64,000 bases of DNA from Balanoglossus misakiensis (Eukaryota > Animalia > Hemichordata). Both the position numbers and the translations under genes were made by a program. The stretch spans positions 4,960,001 through 5,024,000 of the forward strand of contig CM082590.2 of assembly GCA_040954595.2 (NCBI GenBank), given 5' to 3'. The notes under the pieces are model-generated. The model was not told the origin of the DNA and did no database searches. It worked only from the letters and a program-made list of their open reading frames with translations. Numbering within the stretch: the stretch's first letter is position 1; every line of letters begins with the position of its first letter. This document shows positions 52,001-61,000 of this stretch, piece by piece.

Positions 52001-55000
52001 ATAGAAAGTCTCAAAGATAGGATTGGCATCGACCGTCATGAGTCAACACCTGCCTGTACAACACCTGACCCGATAGAGGGAATAGTTTTGATTCAAAGGA
52101 CAATGACAAATTATATGGCACCTCCTTATGATCAATTGTATTAGGTGACAGACAGGAGTTGGCAGATGCTGGAGGCCGACAGACAATCGCCCTATCTGAT
52201 ACTCTCCACATCACTGAAAGTGGAGATAGAAAGTCTCAAAGATAGGATTGGCATCGACCGTCATGAGTCAACACCTGCCTGTACAACACCTGACCCGATA
52301 GAGGGAGTAGTTTTCATTCAAAGGACAATGACAAATTATATGGCACCTCCTTATGATCAATTGTATTAGATGACAGACAGGAGTTGGCAGAAGCTGGAGG
52401 CCGACAGACAATCGCCCTATCTGATACGCTCCACATCACTGAAAGTGGAGATAGAAAGTCTCAAAGATAGGATTGGCATCGACCGTCATGAGTCAACACC
52501 TGCCTGTACAACACCTGACCCGATAGAGGGAGTAGTTTTCATTCAAAGGACAATGACAAATTATATGGCACCTCCTTATGATCAATTGTATTAGGTGACA
52601 GACAGGAGTTGGCAGATGCTGGAGGCCGACAGACAATCGCCCTATCTGATATGCTCCACATCACTGAAAGTGGAGATAGAAAGTCTCAAAGATAGGATTG
52701 GCATCGACCGTCATGAGTCAACACCTGCCTGTACAACACCTGACCCGATAGAGGGAGTAGTTTTCATTCAAAGGACAATGACAAATTATATGGCACCTCC
52801 TTATGATCAATTGTATTAGGTGACAGACAGGAGTTGGCAGATGCTGGAGGCCGACAGACAATCGCCCTATCTGATATGCTCCACATCACTGAAAGTGGAG
52901 ATAGAAAGTCTCAAAGATAGGATTGGCATCGACCGTCATGAGTCAACACCTGCCTGTACAACACCTGAACTGATAGAGGGAGTAGTTTTGATTCAAAGGA
53001 CAAGGACAAATTATATGGCACCTCCTTATGATCAATTGTATTAGGTGACAGACAGGAGTTGGCAGATGCTGGAGGCCGACAGACAATCGCCCTATCTGAT
53101 ACTCTCCACATCACTGAAAGTGGAGATAGAAAGTCTCAAAGATAGGATTGTCATCGACTGTCATGAGTCAACACCTGCCTGTACAACACCTGACCCGATA
53201 GAGGGAGTAGTTTTCATTCAAAGGACAATGACAAATTATATGGCACCTCCTTATGATCAATTGTATTAGGTGACAGACAGGAGTTGGCAGAAGCTGGAGG
53301 CCGACAGACAATCGCCCTATCTGATACGCTCCACATCACTGAAAGTGGAGATAGAAAGTCTCAAAGATAGGATTGGCATCGACCGTCACGAGTCAACACC
53401 TGCCTGTACAACACCTGACCCGATAGAGGGAGTAGTTTTCATTCAAAGGACAATGACAAATTATATGGCACCTCCTTATGATCAATTGTATTAGATGACA
53501 GACAGGAGTTGGCAGAAGCTGGAGGCCGACAGACAATTCATGGTTCCACAGCTGTCAATCACACTGAACCCTCAGCCAATCAGAGCCGAGAAAAGTCATG
53601 CTGTTCACACAACCGCCATTTTGTCCCACATATAATCAACAACGTGGCCCAGCCTACAGTACACGCTCAGTTAGAGATAGACAGACTGGAAGATTTTTTT
53701 CAGTTTTAGGAATTTATTGGTTTTAAAATATCGGCCAGAATAGTGAAGAGATGCGCCTGGGGTACGTGTAAATCGGATGAAAGGTACCTTGACCCAACAT
53801 CGAGTATATTTTTTGTTCCGTTTCCGAAGCCAAAAACGCAGAGAGAGGGGTGTCTCAGGTGGTGGATATTAAAAGTTTGCGTTTAGATTTTAAACTGACA
53901 CGTCTTCAATATAAATATTCAACAATGATTTTATTGCTAAAGTGTTTGAACATTTTGAAATTCATATGCTGCTTGCAATTTCCATTTGAAATGTCAATGT
54001 TGTTCGACCCGTTATAAAATGTCCGGCGTTGTAAACAATGGGGTCGCGCGCTGTCAATCCAAGTAACGTTCACGTAGTTTTCTGACTATTTGCCGCGTTA
54101 TCAGTGTTTTCATCCATATTTACCTACCAAAAATATCGTCAGGTGAAGTGATACCTCTTGTGTCTCATACTTCGTCTGATTTCACTCAGAAACAGCACGA
54201 TAAACTTAACCTTTGGGGCCCGTTATTACTAACAGCTGATCGTGGTTTCATGTCCGTTTGCGTGTGACCCCGACACGGGACCCCGACCGCACAACTTGAT
54301 CTGTCGATCCTTTTAAAATAGTGCTATTTTTCGCTGAAATGTTTAAAATTCACAAAGAAGCTCACTTTCATGGACACTTGGTCTATGTATGTGATAAATA
54401 TATAATTCCCCCGTATTCCTCACTCGTGTACCTGCGTCGCGAACTCGACATACCAAGTATAGCCTGCAGCCCGGGGGGATACGGCCGCTATCGTCCGCGA
54501 TGCAGGCACTCTCGTTCGAAATACGGGGGAATTATACCTCATTAAACCCTTTTCCTGTGACTTCTTGGATAGGTTTTTTAACTCTGGTAGGTAGCATACA
54601 GAAATATCGCCAGGAACGTTGTGCAGACTATCGCTGAATGAATCTAGTTTCCCCATCCACGTTGTGGAGCTATGGAGGTCAATGTCCCACAAGCTCGAAG
54701 CTTGTGGGGCGTAGCAACAGTAACCAAGGGGGGCGTGGCTTATTACCGTAGGGTGGAACTATGAATCGCCCTATCTGATACGCTCCACATCACTGAAAGT
54801 GGAGATAGAAAGTCTCAAAGATAGGATTGGCATCGACCGTCATGAGTCAACACCTGCCTGTACATCACCTGACCCTATAGAGGGAGTAGTTTTGATTCAA
54901 AGGACAATGACAAATTATATGGCACCTCCTTATGATCAATTGTATTAGGTGACAGACAGGAGTTGGCAGATGCTGGAGGCCGACAGACAATCGCCCTATC

Positions 55001-58000
55001 TGATACTCTCCACATCATTGAAAGTGGAGATAGAAAGTCTCAAAGATAGGATTGGCATCGACCGTCATGAGTCAACACCTGCCTGTACAACACCTGAACC
55101 GATAGAGGGAGTAGTTTTGATTCAAAGGACAATGACAAATTATATGGCACCTCCTTATGATCAATTGTATTAGATGACAGACAGGAGTTGGCAGATGCTG
55201 GAGGCCGACAGACAATCGCCCTATCTGATACGCTCCACATCACTGAAAGTGGAGATAGAAAGTCTCAAAGATAGGATTGGCATCGACCGTCATGAGTCAA
55301 CACCTGCCTGTACATCACCTGACCCTATAGAGGGAGTAGTTTTGATTCAAAGGACAATGACAAATTATATGGCACCTCCTTATGATCAATTGTATTAGGT
55401 GACAGACAGGAGTTGGCAGATGCTGGAGGCCGACAGACAATCGCCCTATCTGATACTCTCCACATCATTGAAAGTGGAGATAGAAAGTCTCAAAGATAGG
55501 ATTGGCATCGACCGTCATGAGTCAACACCTGCCTGTACAACACCTGACCCTATAGAGGGAGTAGTTTTGATTCAAAGGACAATGACAAATAGATACATTG
55601 TATCCTCAATAAAATTTACCACAAAAACTACAATGGAAAGAACACCATTGTGCAAACTCATACTGTTTTAGGAGTGCTTGGTTAAAATAGTGTTCAGGCA
55701 TTTTCAAGACTTTGATTTACATTTCAAATTCAAAGATTATGAAGATTAACTACTTGAGAAAATGGGAGTTGATCAGAACACATGGTGTAGGTCTAGAGTG
55801 TCATGGAATAAAATATGAAAGTGGAAGATTGTACCTTATTTTTGCAGTCAATATCAGCTCCATATTGCAACAATAGTTTCACAACTTTTCCATAATCCAA
55901 ATACCACTCATCGCCCATTGCTGCCATGTGAAGTGCTGTGTTGCCATCCTATCCAAGAAACAAAAACAGACAACATCATGTAAGAGGTACAACAAGAAAA
56001 GTTCTGCATAAACAGCGCAACCAAACAGACTACCAACATTAACACTGAATTGATAATTAACCTCTAGTTTTTCAACAATACTTAGGATGCTTATATCATT
56101 TTTTGAGTTGGATGTCTCCATGTCAATGTAGCTTTAAATGATAGAGTTGAATTCAATGAATGTATTGTGTGTATTTCGTCCACCATGTCAGAATGTTGAA
56201 TTTCAGACAACAGATAAATTTCCTTTTAACGATGAACAATTTAAAGAAAATATCGGTAGTAGATTGTGCCTTTATTCATCTTGACAGTTTTGAGGGAAAA
56301 ACTGATTTGGATCAATTTGTAAAGATCTGCATAAGACCAGAAAATTTACATGGATGGGAAATCTTTATTTAGACAAAAGACTAGAGATGACTTTGATGAC
56401 CATTAATGTTCAGAAAGTGTTTGTTTGAGTGAAATACTGTGTTTTGATTCGCATAGAGCACCTAAGTTACTGGTATCATTATCAGAGGTACAGAACTTGT
56501 CTGTGGTCATCCATTATTATGAAGCAGTTTCCTTGTGAGTAACTTAATTTCTTGCCAATACCGTTCTGGCGAGTATTTCTGTATGTAATGAAGGAGGAGC
56601 ATGAGAACAATGTCATAACATTTGAAATGTTCTGTGAGGTTTCCTAAATGAACAAATAAACAAATAAATGTTTCAATACTAAAAGAAGCCAGGTTGGTAT
56701 TTACCTTGTTTTGTATGGTCACATCAGCTTTGTGTTCCAATAACAATCTGAGACCGCCTTCATTGTGAGACCTTGCTGCATAATGCAAAGGGGTGTTTCC
56801 ATCCTGTAAGTAATGAAGGAGGAGCATGAGAACAATGTCATGACATTTGAAACATACTGTTAGGTTTCCTAAACAAACAAACAAACAAACAAACAAACAA
56901 ACAAATAAATGTTTCTATACTAATAGAATGAACCTGCAGAAGCCAGGTTGGTATTTACCTTGTTTTGTATGGTCACATCATCTTTGTGTTCCAATAACAA
57001 TCTGACACAGCCTTCATTGTTAGACCCTGCTGCAGAGTGCAAAGGGATGTCTCCTCTCTGTAAGTAATGAAGGAGGAGCATGAGAACAATGTCATAAAAT
57101 TTGAAATGTAATGAGAGGTTTCTTAAAACAAACAAATAAATATAAAAATGTACCGTGAAGTGTAAACAAACAAACAATATATAAACCAACAGATAAATAA
57201 ATAAAAATATCAAAAGTATCAGCCATATTGCAAAAACAACCAAGAATGGCATACTGACTGATTTGAAAGGATAATCCACATTCCTTCCAAACACAAAATG
57301 AAAATTGCCGACTGTTAAAGTGAATATAGATTCAAGTATGACAGTGAAGAATCTCAATTGATTCTAACAGAGAGGAAAACGCTTTGATTGGTGATATAGT
57401 TTTTGACATTGGATGTTTTAGTCTCCATAGCTTAGTTAGGGGTGGACCATTTGATATTCGGGGTGGGAGGGATCTGGAACATTAAAAACAGCAAAATTTC
57501 AGAGATGGCTTGAAAACACAAAACACCAAACAAATCCATAAAAATTTAATTTCTGGAACATATTTATTCATTCAGGCACAAACTGTGTCAACTTCTTTGG
57601 CCAAATTGTAAAGATTGTTAAATTTAGAGTACAATGTGTCCTACTGTCCTTCCTATGGCTGGATCCCAAGGCTATCATGGTCAGTAAAACTAAATCAGTA
57701 CGGGTAATAATTTTTGGATTTTTCCTCTTCTTGTTCAGGGGTTAGCTTTTTTCTTCCCATTGAATTTGGATCATGCAAAGTAATTTCGGATGAAAATAAT
57801 ATAGTGTTGTAATTAGGTCTTTTTAAAAGGCATTTTATAAAATTATTCATTTATGTAGCCACGTTATCCATCATGAAATAACAAGTCAGTTCACGTACCT
57901 CATCCTTCGCATTGACATCTGCACCATGGCTAATCAACTCTCTCATAGCATCCAATTGACCTTTCCTGGACTCTTCATGCAATGCTGTCCAACCATACTG

Positions 58001-61000
58001 GAATGAAGACATTTAAAGTTGGAATAAAAATGACATCACCAATCTGATACTTGGAATGTGTCAACTGCTCAATCTAATATTCATTTCTTGTTAACAACAA
58101 GAAATGAATATTCACACACTCCTAGCAGCAAGAGAAAGATCAAAATTAACTGTACAAATAAATGTTTCATGATTTCCATCTGACTGTCAATAAAATAATC
58201 ATCCATAGTTTTTACTGTGGTCATGAAGTTGAAAGTACACGTGTAGCAATGTTATCCATAATGAAATAACAAGTCAGTTCACGTACCCAACCCCTCGCAT
58301 TGACATCTGCACCATGGCTAATCAACTCTCTCATAGCATCCAATTCACCATTCATGGACGCTACATGCAATGCTGTCCAACCATCCTGGAATGAAAACGT
58401 ATGACATCACCAGTCTGATATGTAACGGGGCAACCCCTGAGGTGACCCCTGACCTAGGGACTGTTCTTTTGGTGTGTTCAGTTATGGCCGCGGCCATTTA
58501 AACTAGTCAATGTATATTTGTGTTGGCTGTGTCTGAGAATTAAAGACTCATTTAATTCACCCTCGGCCGTGTTATATTTGGTGGCAGCGATGGGATTCGA
58601 CGGTCATCATAAAGACAGCAAGTGGGCGACCTGGAAAGTATTGGAGTGTGTTTCTCGTCAGTCAGCACAACCGGACAACAGGCATGGCTTCTGCGTACGT
58701 TCAGCTACCTGATAAGTTCCGAGGGTTGGAAGGTGAGAACTTTAACGACTGGGTGAGAAAATTTGAAGTTGCAGCAAGGGCAACCAAGGACTTAACTACC
58801 AAAGAAGCCAAACTTGGACTGTTGCCTGCCTTATTGGACGGCCATGCCTTTCAAGTGTATGAACAATTGGCCGATACGGACAAAGAAAATTATGACAGGT
58901 TGAAGGCTGCCCTTGAAGGAAAATTTAGCAGTAAAGAACATGTGAGTTTGCATCGCCTGTTGTTTAGGGAACGCACTCGTCAAAACGGGGAATCGGCCGA
59001 GGAATATCAGACTGAGCTAGTTCGACTAGCTGATATTGCCTATCCAACGTTGGACCCAGGTGTTAAAGCGGACATTGTAATGGACCAATTTATCTGCGGA
59101 CTTGGAAATACTGCACTCCAGGAGAGGATTTTGAATTCGGACAAGAAAACGCTTGATGAAGTAGTGCTGTTGGTGCGAAAAACTGAAGCCGCACATCATG
59201 CGGCCACAAAAATGTCAGCTAGTAAAGTACCACATGGAACTGGGTGTACACCGAGTGTTAATGCAGTTGACAATGTGCACATCAACGAATAGATAAAAGA
59301 TTCCGAGAATTGGAAAGCACCCTCCTTCAGAAAATAGAACAATTGACAGTTGGAAAGGCAACAACTAATACGTACCCTATCCTTCGCATTGACATCTGCA
59401 CCATGGCTAATCAACTCTCTCATAGCATCCAATTTACCTCCCCCGGACGCTGAATGCAATGCTGTGGAACCCCTCTGGAATGAAGACATTTAAAGTTTAA
59501 ATAAAAATGACATCACCAATCTGATACTTGAAATGTGTCAACTGCTCAATCTAATATTCATTTCTTGTTAACAACCAGAAATGAATATTCACACACTCCT
59601 AGCAGCTAAAGAAAGAATTTGACTCTACAAATAAATGTTTCATGATTGCCGTCTGACTGTCAATAAAATAGTCATCAAAAGTTTCCACTGTGGTCATGAA
59701 GTTGTAAGTATGCATGTAGCCACGTTAATATATATTCCTTGCTGAAAAAAAGAAATAGAATCTAATGATCTGTCAGTGAAAAGCTGTAAGGGGTTGTCAA
59801 CAGATGGGGCTGCTGTCATGGTTGGCAGTAGAAGTGGTGTTGCAAGCAAATTGAAGTCTGACAATAATTTGATCATTAGTGTGCATTGTGTTTGCCACAG
59901 GTTGGCATTGGCTTGTACTGACAGTAATACAAACATAAAGGATGTGAAGGATGTGTCCATAATAATTCAGCAGCTTTGGCAGTTCTTTGAAAATTCCCCA
60001 AAGAGGTTAGCAGCATATCTGAAAATGCAAGAAAAGCTTGCAAAAATAAAGTTAACCTCTGACAAGAGTCAGAAAATTGTCATGCACAGACTTAAAAAAG
60101 CTTGCAACACCAGGTGGTTGAGTTTCAATCTAGCTGTAGAGGCAACTCTGAGGGATTTGGAGGCATTGCTCCTTACTCTGAATGACTTTGAAGATGATGC
60201 ACAGTTTGCATGTGGCCTGCTAAAGAAAATAAAGTCGGTTAAATTTGTTGGCACATTGTATATATTGCAGTCTGTATTGTCCATTTTGTCAGAGCTGTCT
60301 CTTGTGTTTCAAAGAGATCAAGTTAACTTCTCCCTCATTGCAAGCATGGTTTCAGCAACTAAAGATAAACTGAAACAGATTCTCAGTGATAATGTGCCAA
60401 TAAATAAGTTTGTGTCTGATATTGACTCATTCGAAAAATATCTCTTCTGAACTATCTTTCCAGGGCAGTGGCAAGCTTGATCTTGAAAGTCTGATGAGAA
60501 AGTACATTGGTGCTCTCATAGAGAATATAGATAGTAGGTTAGCTGAGTCATCTCCAGTGCTCACTGCACTGTCTGTCTTTGACCCATTGAGTATGCCAAG
60601 TAAAGAAAATGCAACTTTTAGTTCATATGGGGAAGCACATATCAAAGTACTTGCTGATCACTTTTACCAAAATGAGGAAGTTGCTGTAAAAGAAATTAGT
60701 GAATGAGTTTACACAACTTAAATACTACTATGTAGATTACATGAAGGCAAATATGCCTACTGATGTTGAGGAATGTAAAGGCACTGTTACACCAACTCAG
60801 TGGCTCTTGACTGAGTTAGTGAGATGTGACAGCTTAACCCCATTTTTCCCAGAGATAACTAAAATAGCTGAAGCTGCACTCTGTGTTCCTGTGAGTAATG
60901 CTTGGCCTGAAAGGGGTGCAAGCACTTTGAAGAATGTCAAAACTAGATTGAGAAGTCGACTGTCAAGTGAAATGTTAGAATCTATAATGCATGTCCCCCA

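Noticed and set aside
46522-55671. Dozens of 74-aa and 67-aa ORFs as a tandem gene family or exon cassette array
   Set aside because: They follow from the 225-bp (3n) unit. Starts are mostly GTG/CTG, there is no recognisable domain, no ankyrin similarity, and no convincing splice signals on the gene strand.
58579-58600. tRNA gene
   Set aside because: Only about 22 nt complementary to a tRNA-Leu 3' end including CCA, so it is a retroelement primer-binding site.
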